NCBI GenBank assembly: GCA_963663805.2
Contig: CAXXMR010000003.1
Location: 64,001-128,000, forward strand
DNA: 64,000 nucleotides
Source: Sedimentisphaerales bacterium
GTDB taxonomy: Bacteria > Planctomycetota > Phycisphaerae > Sedimentisphaerales > SM23-30
Direction: 5' to 3'
Shown: piece after piece, positions 1 to 11,010 of the stretch
How the letters are laid out: each line of letters opens with the position of its first letter
Position numbering within the stretch: the stretch's first letter is position 1
Notes under the pieces: model-generated
Told to the model about the DNA's origin: nothing
Database searches by the model: none
Seen by the model: the letters and a program-made list of their open reading frames with translations, nothing else
Translations under genes and position numbers: made by a program

Positions 1-1
1 A

Positions 2-2575
2 GGCCAATGGCTAACCCGCACCCAACTGCACAAATCCGCCCTCGCCACCGCCGCGGACATCAAACCCATATTCAAAGCCGACACCGCCGCCAAAACCTGG
101 AAAAGAAACGCCCAGAACCTTCAGACCGCCTCGACCATCAACCATCAGGACGGCATCATCAACATCAGCATCAAAGACCTCGCCCTATGGGCCTGGGATT
201 CTTTCGAGCATCGCCTGCCCCGCAAAAAATTAAAGAACCACAACGCTCTGAATTTTCAACTGAAAGCATCACCGCAAACCAGAACCGTAGTTGTCGAGAT
301 CGCCGAAAACGACAAATCCCGCTGGGTGTACGTCGTGCCGGTCACCGACCAATGGCAAAAATACACCGTCCCGATACGCGATTTTACCTTTTTTGCTGAT
401 GGTTCCCCGCCGAATCGCGGTTTCGACGGCGACTCACTCAATCTGCAAAATGCCAAAACCATCGCCTTTGGAATGGCCTTCAACATATCACCCTTCAACG
501 CCGGCGACCACGACATCACAATAAAGGAACTAGCCACCGCCCGCATCGACATTCCAGATGGTCTGTATTCTGAAACTTCGACAATTGAACTGCCGATTTT
601 TGAAACCAGAGAAATCTATCAGCTTGAAGACATAACGAGTATTTCACCTTACGGCTCGCAGAATATCATCAGAAATATCCATCAGACAGACGGCAAATTT
701 AAGGGTACTTCCGCCGTAGGTTTCGCCTACCCCGACGCGTCAGATTTCATCCCCTTGCTCATCGCCCGTGACCAGTACAATCGCGACCGTGGTATTGCTG
801 CCGGTTTGCTCATCCACTATCAAGGCCCATACGCTCCCGGTCAATGGCTCATCTCCGGAATCAACAATCCGGAATTCTACCAGACCGCAACTTTCAAAAC
901 CGCTCTGGACCAGACTCTACGCCGCATGAAAAACAGAGAGCTGCCCCAGATTAGCCAAAGTCAAAACGAAATCAATAAATCCAGAACCCTAAAGCCCCAT
1001 CCCGGTAGTAATCACCATTTGACTATCAGCCCCGACGGCAAACATTTCGTCACCGCTGACAATCAGCGGTTTTTCGCTATCGGCTGTAACTATCTCGGCC
1101 CCAGCGACCGCAAATGCCACCTCGCCTCACTGTTCGACCCCGTGAAAATCGAAAATGACTTTCGCCTCGCCAAAAAAGCCGGCATCAACCTGTTTCGCTT
1201 CTGGCTGTCAAATCTCGATGAGAACCCCGATAATTTCCGCACCATCCTTGCCCTTGCCGAAAAATATAATATCTATCTGCTTCTGCTGCCCCAGCCGCAC
1301 GCTCAGCCCACCGACCACGAAACCATCGCACTGCTGGAAAGATGCGTCAAACTCGCCGCCGATTCACCCATGGTTGTTGGTTACGACCTCATGAACGAGC
1401 CGCTAATCACCGAAGTCGGCTCCGTCCGAATCGCCGGCCAGCCCGCCCCCATCATCGAGCATAAACCTTACAACCGCTATCCCGCCGACTTGACCAAAAA
1501 ACTCTGGGTTGACCAGCTAACCAAAAACCGCTCCGGCTGGCCCGCCGTCAAGCCCTGGGTAAACGACACCGATGCCCGCCAGCTCTACGCCGCCCACTAC
1601 CTCGGCGAAAATCTCATCCTGAAACTCACCACCTGTGACAACATCTCACTGCTCTGCGGCCTGGAAAACAACCTCCAGCTTCCTCCGGAGTATCAGGAAT
1701 TCCAGACCGCCGTCGACCAGACCTTCGCCAACTGGCTCGATTTTCAAATCAAGACCATCAAAAGCATCGCCCCCGAAGAATACATTACCGTCGGCTACAA
1801 CACCCCTCTAGCCGCTCTTTATGCCAACCAGGCCTTGGACTTCCAGGCCTATCATCTTTACAACCTGCCCTACAGCCGAAATGATTTTGAAACCGGATTA
1901 GCCACTCTCGAACGCCTGCGCAAGATTTTCCCCGCTCAGCCTGTCACTCTAGGCGAGTTCGGCTACTCCGAAGGCTTGAAAATGCCCGACGGCACTTATC
2001 TCGACATGTATTCCGCCTCCGTCGCTGAGATGATAACTCTGCTCTACTCTTACGCCCACCAGTACAGCGGGGTGATGTTCTGGCTGCTCACCGAATGGCC
2101 CGTCGCCAACATAAAATACAACGCACCCTGGGTCGCCCCCGAAAAACTCACCACCGAATCACGTTTCGGCCTCTACTGTTACGACGGAACCGAATCATCC
2201 CGGCCCAAACCCATCGCCCACGCCACAGCGTTTCTGGCGAAATATCTTGCCGAAAACCCAACTGCTCACTCGGCCCGATTCGAGCTTACCGACGCCGACA
2301 CGCCCATTAAAACCGGATATGTCTTTACTGCCCCCAAGGCCTTGTTCATTGGCAATCGCCAATACAAAAGCCCGGCCTTGTCCTTCCACGCTGCCCAGCC
2401 CGCCAACCTCATGCTCACCTGGAATGATAAAGAGCTGACCATCATGTCCACCGCCGATGTGGCCTTGACCATCAGCCCCGAATCAATCACCGCTCGCAAA
2501 GCCAAAGAAGTAACCATCGGCCTGCTGGCCGGTGAAACTGTAAGGATTCCTCTAGACCCACAGGAAATTAATTAA
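2..2575 (+). CDS. Clan GH-A (GH5-like) glycoside hydrolase with N-terminal carbohydrate-binding-like region; 5' end lies outside the window
   Basis: The frame is open from base 2 into ORF 326..2575. Motifs IGCNY, INLFRFW, GYDLMNEP (acid/base), YHLY, VTLGEFG (nucleophile) and GVMFW are present. Confidence 0.75.
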   Translation, partial: GQWLTRTQLHKSALATAADIKPIFKADTAAKTWKRNAQNLQTASTINHQDGIINISIKDLALWAWDSFEHRLPRKKLKNHNALNFQLKASPQTRTVVVEIAENDKSRWVYVVPVTDQWQKYTVPIRDFTFFADGSPPNRGFDGDSLNLQNAKTIAFGMAFNISPFNAGDHDITIKELATARIDIPDGLYSETSTIELPIFETREIYQLEDITSISPYGSQNIIRNIHQTDGKFKGTSAVGFAYPDASDFIPLLIARDQYNRDRGIAAGLLIHYQGPYAPGQWLISGINNPEFYQTATFKTALDQTLRRMKNRELPQISQSQNEINKSRTLKPHPGSNHHLTISPDGKHFVTADNQRFFAIGCNYLGPSDRKCHLASLFDPVKIENDFRLAKKAGINLFRFWLSNLDENPDNFRTILALAEKYNIYLLLLPQPHAQPTDHETIALLERCVKLAADSPMVVGYDLMNEPLITEVGSVRIAGQPAPIIEHKPYNRYPADLTKKLWVDQLTKNRSGWPAVKPWVNDTDARQLYAAHYLGENLILKLTTCDNISLLCGLENNLQLPPEYQEFQTAVDQTFANWLDFQIKTIKSIAPEEYITVGYNTPLAALYANQALDFQAYHLYNLPYSRNDFETGLATLERLRKIFPAQPVTLGEFGYSEGLKMPDGTYLDMYSASVAEMITLLYSYAHQYSGVMFWLLTEWPVANIKYNAPWVAPEKLTTESRFGLYCYDGTESSRPKPIAHATAFLAKYLAENPTAHSARFELTDADTPIKTGYVFTAPKALFIGNRQYKSPALSFHAAQPANLMLTWNDKELTIMSTADVALTISPESITARKAKEVTIGLLAGETVRIPLDPQEIN

Positions 2576-3600
2576 TGAAACTCATACGCTGTAAACAAAA
2601 CCCCATCATCTCACCCAATCCCAACACGAAATGGGAGTCGCTCGTTGCCACCAACCCCGCGGCCTGGTTTGATGAAGCGGACCAGAAATTTAAATTGCTC
2701 TATCGTGCCGCCGGCGATGAACTGGAGCATTATGTTTATTTCGGCCTCGCCCAAAGCGAAGACGGTATAAACTTCACCAGAACATCGGATTTGCCGGTAT
2801 TCGCTCCCAGTAAAGACGGACCCGACGCCGGCTGTGTCGAAGACCCCCGCGTCGTCAAAATGGGTGATGATTATCTCATCACTTACGCCAGCCGTCCCTT
2901 TCCGCCCGGTCAATACTGGCTCATGGGAGGTCAGCCCTTCAAACCGCCAACATGTCCCGATTATTACCCTCGCCTCCAACGCGAAAACGCCACCGCCACT
3001 TTTCTAGCTATCACCAAAGATTTCAAAACCTTCATTCGCGCTGGCCGTATGACCAATCCGCTTATTGATGACCGCGACGTGATTCTCTTCCCGGAAAAGG
3101 TCGATGGCCAGTTTGTAATGATGCATCGACCCATGGAATGGTACGGCGATGGTTACGAAAATCAATATCCTGCCATGTGGATTAGCAAAGCCGACGACCT
3201 GCTTGGTTTCAACGAAAGCAAACTGCTCGCAAAAGCCGAATTCCCCTGGGAAACAAAACTTGGTGGCAATACTCCCCCGATTAAAACCCCGCTCGGCTGG
3301 CTCACCCTCTATCACGCCGTCGGACCCGACAGCCAATATCGACTAGGCGCCATGATTCTCGACCTCGAAGACCCCGCCATCGTACGTTATCGTGGCAAAG
3401 ACTGGCTCATGCAGCCGGAAGAACCCTACGAAACTGAAGGATTCTACAACGGCGTAATTTTCCCCTGCGGCAAAGTCGTTCGCGACGACACCCTCTACGT
3501 CTATTACGGTGGTGCGGACAAGTACGTCGGCCTGGCAACCTGTTCATTAACCGAACTGCTTGATTACCTGAAAAGCTGCCCTTTTCAGTATTCTGAGTAG
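2575..3600 (+). CDS. GH130-family glycosidase/mannoside phosphorylase-like protein
   Basis: NPII, LLYRA, GCVEDPRV, DDRDVILFPEK, MHRP, WLTLYHAV, VIFPCG and YYGGAD motifs. Start overlaps the upstream stop (TAATG). Confidence 0.88.
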   Translation: MKLIRCKQNPIISPNPNTKWESLVATNPAAWFDEADQKFKLLYRAAGDELEHYVYFGLAQSEDGINFTRTSDLPVFAPSKDGPDAGCVEDPRVVKMGDDYLITYASRPFPPGQYWLMGGQPFKPPTCPDYYPRLQRENATATFLAITKDFKTFIRAGRMTNPLIDDRDVILFPEKVDGQFVMMHRPMEWYGDGYENQYPAMWISKADDLLGFNESKLLAKAEFPWETKLGGNTPPIKTPLGWLTLYHAVGPDSQYRLGAMILDLEDPAIVRYRGKDWLMQPEEPYETEGFYNGVIFPCGKVVRDDTLYVYYGGADKYVGLATCSLTELLDYLKSCPFQYSE

Positions 3601-3753
3601 GAAATTAGGGGTGGGTCCTATAACATATTTTTTTAATAAGTGGTTCAAATTTGCATGGTTGGGCGTTTTTCTGACGATATAAATTCCGCTGGTAACATAG
3701 CTTTGACATCGGCTGAATAGTCAGCCAGAGTATTTAGTACCAAGGAGCTGTGC

Positions 3754-4593
3754 ATGGAAGCACTGCGAAAAGGAATGATATTTTTGGGGGTGCTGATAGT
3801 CATTACGCTTACGACTGTCTCCGCCGGTCACCTCGACTTCAAAGAGTTTTCGGAACCTTTGACTTTATTACTGGTTATCGGACTGACTTTGTTTCTGGGC
3901 GCCATGACTTATGCTCCCGGTGCTATCGCGGCGGAGATGAAAAAGCTGCTTACCCATAGCAAAGGCGGGGAAGGGCCAGACCGTCGACTACTGGCGCAAC
4001 TGGCATTGTATGCCCTGGTTTCCGGTGTGGTGTTGGCTATTGTCCAGATAATGCTGAAGCTGAGGGCAGAGCCAGGGGGGCAACTGGGCTGGGAAGTCAC
4101 CCGGACAGCCCTCCTTTCTTTGCTTTATGGGGTTTTGGCCGGGGTTGGCTTTTGGGCAGCCAGTGGACTGGATCGACCTGACAAAAGTTGTGCTGACAGC
4201 CCGGATTTTAATCGTCAGCGACCGGCAACGGCAGTGCAGACGACCCTGGCATTTTGCGTATTACTTCTGATTGTTGGTGTTTTGGCAGTGTGCCTGGTGG
4301 GGATGCGGATGGGACCTGAGAAGTGCGGCAGATTTATGGGACGGGCTGAGGCGGCGACTATGCCGATTTCCCAGAAAATCGAGCTGGATGACCGGCAGTT
4401 GTGGCTTCCGGCGGCCTGGGTGGACGTCCCTGTTGATTCTGAGGATACTACGCCAGTTATCAATACTGAAAAAGGTGAAAATGCCCCTTCGGTAGAAAAT
4501 AATCCCCGGATCTCAACCCGCTGGGAACAGGGCCGGCCAGTGGTCCAGTGGCCTCAGGGTAAATCTTTGCCGGCAATTAAGCAGGACAGATAG
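3754..4593 (+). CDS. Hypothetical multi-pass membrane protein
   Basis: AGGAG RBS upstream; about five hydrophobic segments followed by a soluble tail. Confidence 0.65.
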   Translation: MEALRKGMIFLGVLIVITLTTVSAGHLDFKEFSEPLTLLLVIGLTLFLGAMTYAPGAIAAEMKKLLTHSKGGEGPDRRLLAQLALYALVSGVVLAIVQIMLKLRAEPGGQLGWEVTRTALLSLLYGVLAGVGFWAASGLDRPDKSCADSPDFNRQRPATAVQTTLAFCVLLLIVGVLAVCLVGMRMGPEKCGRFMGRAEAATMPISQKIELDDRQLWLPAAWVDVPVDSEDTTPVINTEKGENAPSVENNPRISTRWEQGRPVVQWPQGKSLPAIKQDR

Positions 4594-4751
4594 TTTTTCA
4601 TAAAACCAAAGTTAATCTACCGAAAAAATACAATTTTCGGGCTAAAAACGCGATTAAATCCAGATTTTTCCCAAAAAACGTGCGTTTTTTGGTAAAATCA
4701 GGCGGTTTCGCGCTGAAAATCAGGCTTTTTTCCCAGGGGGGGGGGTTGTGC

Positions 4752-4779
4752 TTGACGGGGATTCTGTTTTTGGTACAAT
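4752..4779 (+). promoter_or_regulatory. Sigma70-type promoter for the GAF-HlyD operon
   Basis: TTGACG-N16-TACAAT with an extended -10 TG. Confidence 0.5.
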
Positions 4780-4828
4780 CCAGGCCTATGTTGCATAACT
4801 TAAAGGCTGAGGGGGAATTAAGGAATCA

Positions 4829-6778
4829 TTGGTGGCTGAGCAAAACGCAGGTCAACGACTAGGGGAAATTTTTTCACGCATTTCAAAGCTGCCCCGCGCC
4901 AATCTCGAACCGCCTCAGTTTTTTGCAAATTTCCTGCAACTAACAATCGCCGGTACCGGCAGTGTGGGCGGGGCGATTTGGCTGATGCAGGAGGATAAGG
5001 GGCCTCAGTGCTATTGTCATCTGGAGCTGGAGAAATCGGGACTGAATGAGTCTCAGGAGCAGCAGAAGCTGATAGTTGAGGCGGTGGGGCGGGTTATTGG
5101 CGAGAAAAAACCAGTAGTTATGCCTTCGGGCGGGGTTAGTGTTGAGGGTGGTTTGGGTGTTGAGGTTCTGGAGGGCAGTCAATGTGGTTCGGGTCTGTTC
5201 TTTCAGCCGCTGCGGGCGGGGGGGCAGGTGGCGATGGTTTTGCAGCTTATCGGTTCGCCGAATTTGCAGGTTAATGATTACGCGTCGATATTGCGGCTGG
5301 CGGCTCAGGCAGCGGATGCGGCCGAGACGTTTCTGGCTCATCGTCGGGCAACGGTTCTGGATGATGACCGCAAGGCCCTGGCGCGGCTGTTACAGTTCGC
5401 TGAGGGGGTTCACGGTTCGCTGGACCCGCAGAAAGTGATTTACGAGGCGGTTAATCTGGGGCGGGATGTGATTAAATGTACCCGGGCGGTGGCCTGGGTT
5501 GACCCGGCGGTCAAACGCCAGCTGCTGGCGGTGAGCGGGGTGGATAAGCCGGATAAGCGAGGGGTGCTGCTGGTGTCGGTGGATAAGCTTTGTCGGCATT
5601 GTCTGGAGATTAAAAAGCCGATTGTGGCTTCGCGGGCACAATTGCCGGAGCTGGACGAGCAGGCTGAGCTTACGGGGCTGCTGAAAAGTTATTTCCATGT
5701 AAGCAATCTGGATGATATTTATTTGCAGCCGTTGGAAGGCAAAAATGGTTATCTGGGGGTTTTGGTGGTTGAAGGTTTTGACGCAGGGGCTGGCGCGAAT
5801 ATGGCGGGGCTGATTTCGGCGGTTAGCAAGCATACTTCTTTGGCTTTGGCAAACGCTCTGGAGATGGCGTCGTTGCCGATGATGAAGCCTTTGGCGAGAA
5901 TGAAACAGGCACACAAGGACCCGAAGAAACGTAAGAAAACGATGATGTGGACGGTCGGTATTGTGCTGTTTGTGGTGCTGATGCTGCTGGTGCCGTGGAC
6001 GGTTAAGATTGATTGTGCTTGTGAACTTACGCCTTTGCAGAAGCGGGTGATAGATTCTCCGCTGGATGGTTTGCAGATAGCTTCGGTTGAGATTGCCTCA
6101 GGGCGGGTGAGTAAGGGGCAGGTAATTATCAAGCTGAATTCGGATGAGTTGAATACTCGTTTGTTTACGCTGGAGGCGGACTTGCAGCGGGAACAGGTGA
6201 ATATGAAGCAGGCGATACGGTCGGCAGATAAGCGTTTGAGTGAGTTGCAGGTTGAGCGTCTGGAAAGTCAAATCATGCTGGTTAATTCTCAGATTGAAAA
6301 GACGAGCATTCGTTCGCCGATAGACGGGGTGATTCTGACTGAGGATCTGGAGCTGAAAGAAGGGCTTACGGTGAAAATTGGTGAGCCGATTCTGGAAGTG
6401 GCTGATTTGGATAACTGGCAGTTGTCGCTGGAAGTGCCGCAGAAGGAAATCGGCTGGGTTCAGATGGGCCTGGCTGAGCGGGCGGAGAGTACGGATGAAC
6501 TGCTGGTGGAGTTTTATCTGGCGGCGTATCCGGAATATCGTCTGTCGGCGGGGATACGCAGTCGTGACCAGATAGCCCAGATGGCGCGGGTGGGCCAGGA
6601 AGAGCATGTTTATGAGATAAAGGTTGATGTTCCGGGTGAGAGCTTTGGTGATATGAAGGGCAGTTTGCGTTCGGGCAGTGAGGGTCGGGCCAAGATTGCC
6701 ACGACTGAGCGTGCTTTGGGTTATGTGTTGCTTCGTAAGGTTATCAGGTTCTTCCGGGTAACATTTTTTGAATTCTAA
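4829..6778 (+). CDS. GAF-domain-containing HlyD/RND periplasmic adaptor protein
   Basis: N-terminal GAF-like regions (YLGVLVVEGF), one TM helix (MWTVGIVLFVVLMLLVPW), then a lipoyl/coiled-coil hairpin (IDSPLDG...IRSPIDGVI...GEPILEVADL). Confidence 0.8.
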   Translation: MVAEQNAGQRLGEIFSRISKLPRANLEPPQFFANFLQLTIAGTGSVGGAIWLMQEDKGPQCYCHLELEKSGLNESQEQQKLIVEAVGRVIGEKKPVVMPSGGVSVEGGLGVEVLEGSQCGSGLFFQPLRAGGQVAMVLQLIGSPNLQVNDYASILRLAAQAADAAETFLAHRRATVLDDDRKALARLLQFAEGVHGSLDPQKVIYEAVNLGRDVIKCTRAVAWVDPAVKRQLLAVSGVDKPDKRGVLLVSVDKLCRHCLEIKKPIVASRAQLPELDEQAELTGLLKSYFHVSNLDDIYLQPLEGKNGYLGVLVVEGFDAGAGANMAGLISAVSKHTSLALANALEMASLPMMKPLARMKQAHKDPKKRKKTMMWTVGIVLFVVLMLLVPWTVKIDCACELTPLQKRVIDSPLDGLQIASVEIASGRVSKGQVIIKLNSDELNTRLFTLEADLQREQVNMKQAIRSADKRLSELQVERLESQIMLVNSQIEKTSIRSPIDGVILTEDLELKEGLTVKIGEPILEVADLDNWQLSLEVPQKEIGWVQMGLAERAESTDELLVEFYLAAYPEYRLSAGIRSRDQIAQMARVGQEEHVYEIKVDVPGESFGDMKGSLRSGSEGRAKIATTERALGYVLLRKVIRFFRVTFFEF

Positions 6779-6795
6779 AATGGTGAATCGCAAAT

Positions 6796-9006
6796 ATGTC
6801 TGAAGCGAATAACGGTAATATGTTTCTGCTGCCTGATGTGATGGAGATTGACGAGCGGGCGCTGCCGGCGGCACGTCGTGATGTTGAAATTACCGAGCAG
6901 GTATATGACGGCAAGACTTGTTATGTGCTGAAAGACCCGGCGACGATGCGCTATTATCGTTTGCGTCCGCCGGAATATACGATTTACCAGATGCTGGACG
7001 GCAAGGTCAATATGGAAGACCTGGAGCGGGCGCTGGCCCATCAGTTTCCGGATGAGGAATATGATGTTCAGGTGATAATGAGTTTTATTATCATGCTGCG
7101 GGGCGCGAATCTGCTACATGTGCCGGGTTCGACGGATACGGATTATCTGCTGGGTCGGAAGAAGACCATGGAGCGGAGCTGGTTTCAGAAGATTCGGCAG
7201 GAGTTTTTGTTTTTCCGTATTCCGGTTATGGACCCGGATGGGCTGCTTAACCGGATGCATGATAAGCTGGGCGGGATAATCTTTAGCAGAGGAATGCGGA
7301 TATTTTCGATATTGATGATGCTGGGGGCGTTCGTACTGCTGTTTCAGAATATTGACAAGCTGGATGACCGCCAGCCGCTTTTGAGCTGGATAAACATGAT
7401 TTATCTGGCGGCGGCAATGCTGCTGATTAAGCCGATTCACGAGTTTGGTCATGGTCTGACGGCCAAGCATTTCGGCAATGAAGTGCATGAGATGGGGATT
7501 TTGTTCCTGGTGTTCAATCCGTGTTTCTATTGCGATGTTTCGGGATGCGTGGATGATACCGGATAAGAGCAAGCGGATGTGGATTACCGGGGCGGGGATC
7601 GCGGTAGAGATATTTATCGCGGGGCTTTCTACTTATGTCTGGGCTTTGACGGCGCCGGGTACGGTTATCAATCAGTTCGCGCTTAATCTGATGATCGTTT
7701 CGAGTTTGAATACGATTATGTTCAACGGCAATCCCGCTGCTGAGATATGATGGATATTATTTCCTGATGGACCTGATGGAGATACCAAATTTGAAGCAGA
7801 AGGGTACGGGGTATCTGTGGTATCTGCTGCAGAAGCATGTACTGGGTTTGAAGAACGCTCGTGAGCCGATTGATGTTAAGGGGCGTGAGGTGGGTCTTTT
7901 GGGCTATGCGATATGCAGTGCGATATATCGCTGGTTCATTATGTTTGCGATTGTGTTGATGGTGTGGAAGTTTCTGGACCCTTACGGTTGGGGCGTTTTG
8001 GGCGGGGTTATGACGCTGGGGTGCATTTATACTTCGTTTATTACGCCGGTGGTAAAGTTTTTTAAGTTTATCACTACGAACAAGCACGGTATTCATATCA
8101 AGCTGGCGACGGCGGCGGTGCTGGTGCTGCTTATCGGCGGGGTAGCTTATGGGGTGCTGGCTTATGATGTAGAGCAGACGGTTGATGGTCAGTGTGTGAT
8201 TCGTTCGGCGGGTAAGCATGTGTTGTATGTGACGCAGCCGGGCTTTTTGCGGTCTGACGAGCAGGGGGCTTTTGTGCGGGACGGCGAGCCGGTGCGGGCG
8301 GGGCAGGTGCTGGTGGAATTGCAGGATCCGATTCTGGAACAGAAGGTCAGCGATATTGAACTGGAGATTGAGCAGCATCTGGTGGCGCGGGAACATGCCA
8401 ATCAGATGCGTAGCGGCGAGGATGTGGCGAAATTGCAGGCGAAGATAAAGGGTTTGCAGATGCAGGCTCAGACGGCACGGGAGCAGTTGGCACGGCTGAC
8501 GATTAAATCGCCGGTGGATGGGGTGGTGCAGCTTCTCACGTCGGAGCCGCTGAAGAATCTGGAAGGTTCCTATCTGCCGCTGCGGGACGGCTTTGCTGGC
8601 GGTTTATCCGGCGGGCGAGTTTGAGGCGGTGGTGGCGATTGACCATCGGGACCAGGGGCGGCTGGCGGCGAATCAGCCGGCCCGGATTAAGCTCTGGGCT
8701 TATGACGCCGAGACGGTGGACACGACCGTGAAGGAAAAGCCGACCCAGCCGGTGCGGAAGATGTCGAGTGCGGCGTTTTCGACGGTGTTCAAGGGCGAGG
8801 TCAATACGCTGCCGACGGCTAACCCGGAAGATTCACTCGTGCCGGCCCAGACGACCTATGAACTGGTTCTGCCGCTGCCGGACGACCAGGCGGAATTAAG
8901 GGACGGCATGGTGGGCAGGGCAAGCGTGGTGGTCGAGCAAAGCACGCTGGGCAAGGCGTTCTATCGCTGGCTGCTGCGGACGCTGCGGCAGGATATTCGA
9001 CTTTAG
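6796..9006 (+). CDS. Site-2 protease (M50) fused to HlyD adaptor, with PqqD-like N-terminus; read through three apparent +1 frameshifts
   Basis: HEFGH zinc motif. Removing one base at each of GGG 7542-7544, CCC 7733-7735 and GGG 8584-8586 joins ORFs 6796, 7478, 7767 and 8593, restoring DVSDAWM, FNGNPLLRYDGYY and IKSPVDG...LLAVY. Confidence 0.8.
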
Positions 9007-9056
9007 TCAAATCGGCAACGGCAATGGATTTTTTTAACCGCGGATGAAGCTGATTA

Positions 9057-11010
9057 TTACAAATCAGCTGTTAGACCTTGAATTTTCCGACCAGGGCATT
9101 TAGTGTTTCGCCGAGTTTGGAGAGATTCTTCGGCCGCGGCGAGGGTCTGGGTTGCTCCCTGGGAGGTATGGTTGGCGATTTGGCTGACGTCGGCGATGTT
9201 GCGGGTTATTTCCTGGCCGGCAGCGGCGGTTTCGTTGACACCCTGGGCGACGGTTTCGGATGCTTGAGCGGTCAGGGTGACGTTCTGTGATATTTCGCGG
9301 GCTGTACTGCTTTGCTCCTCAACTGCGGCGGCGATGGATTTGGATAATTCGTTGACGTTTTGAATGACCTGGCTGATTTTGCCGATGGCTTCTACTGATT
9401 CCAGCGAGGTGTCCTGTATGGCGTTGATTCTTTTGCTGATGTCATTCGGTTGCCTGAGCAGTCTGCCGGGCAAGCTCCTTGACCTCGCTGGCGACTACGG
9501 CAAAACCTTTGCCAGCGTCACCGGCACGGGCCGCTTCAATGGTAGCGTTGAGAGCCAGAAGGTTGGTTTGCTCAGCGATATCCTGAATAACTTCGATGAC
9601 TCTGCCGATTTCGTCCGCAGCCGTGCCGAGCAGTCCCATTTTACTGTTGCTGTCCTGAGTGAGCTTGGAGGCCTGCGAAGCGACTTGAGCGGATTGTTCG
9701 GCATTACGGGCGATTTCATTGATGCTGGTGGTCATTTCTTCGACCGCGGCAGCCAGCGTTCTGATATTGCCTGACATCTCCTGGCCTGAACCAGCCATAT
9801 TGTTCATGTTGACGGACATTTCCTCGGCGGCGGCGGCAACGGTGTTTGATTTTATGTTCATTTCATCGATGTCGCTGGTCATATTATTAGAGGTTTGGGT
9901 CATTTCGGTGGCGGATTCAGCAACTACGTTGGCATTCAGAGCAATTTGTTTTAACTATGCCCTGGATTTTTTCGACGAAGAGATTAAACCAACGGGCCAG
10001 TTCGCCCAGTTCATCTTTGGTGCTTACGGTGAGTCTGCGAGTAAGGTCTCCTTCGCCTTCGGAGATGTCACGCAGCATATCCACGGTTCTGGCGATAATG
10101 CCGGAAACCGCACGGGCGATGGCACCGGTAAGGCCGCTGATGATTATGAAAACTATCAGAAGTATGCCGCCGATCTGCAGGTAGGAGTTTTTAACGACGT
10201 GGGCCGTGTTTATCTGAGAATCGAGATTTTCTTTTTCCAGTTGGTTTAATTGGGAGGCAATGGCCTGTTCGATATTGCTCTGAGCGTTGTCCTTTTTCTC
10301 AAGATTGGAACTAAACTGAAAAACCAGCTTTTTTGTGGTTTGGTTGGCTTCAATAGCTTTGACTGGTAACTGATAAAACGGGGTCCCCTCAAGGTTCTTT
10401 TTGTCCTCTTCTGCGTTGGCTATGGTCTTGTCGAGAAATTCTATCAGTTGCCCCTTGGTATTATGGTTGATAATCATCTGGTAGAACATGTTTTTTACCG
10501 TGAGATTACCGTTGGTATTGAGATTGGCTCCGATAATGACCATTTTTTCGAGGTCGGTAACGCTGTCTTTCTGTTCGGGATTGAGGAGTTTCTTGGTTAC
10601 CTGTTCGATATAGTTATTGGACTGTTCGGCGGAATAGTCGGTAAGTTCGATGATTTGTTTGTCGATTTGTTGATTGTCAAATTTGGCCTGTTGTATTTGC
10701 TTATGCCAGTCTTTAAGAGATTGTACTATTGCCGTCTCCTGCTTCTTTTTAGACGAAAACGCCTTTTCAAGGTCCGAAATCGCATTAAGGAACGATTCTG
10801 AATCCTGGTCTGTTGAACCGGGGTTGTGGAAGTACTCAGAAGAAAGCAGGCCAACCTTTCGGAACAATACCTATCTGTTCGTCAATTCTGGCAGAGTTTT
10901 CGAGGCTTTGCTGGGAGACCCCTGCTGCTGTTGATTATCAGGACGATAATGGGTATCAGGGCGATAAACTGGATGAGTATGGGCAATAAGAGTTTGGTTC
11001 TGAGTTTCAT
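9057..11010 (-). CDS. Methyl-accepting chemotaxis protein (frameshifted in this assembly)
   Basis: ATG at 11010 after GGAG ([15 protein letters not shown]). HAMP (GEGDLTRRL...[11 protein letters not shown]) and signalling domain ([37 protein letters not shown]) are split across ORFs 9917, 9442 and 9057. Confidence 0.85.

Noticed and set aside
3613..3640. dif-like site GGGTCCTATAA-CATATT at the skew switch
   Set aside because: The left arm resembles XerC sites but the XerD arm (TTATGTTAAAT-like) is absent.
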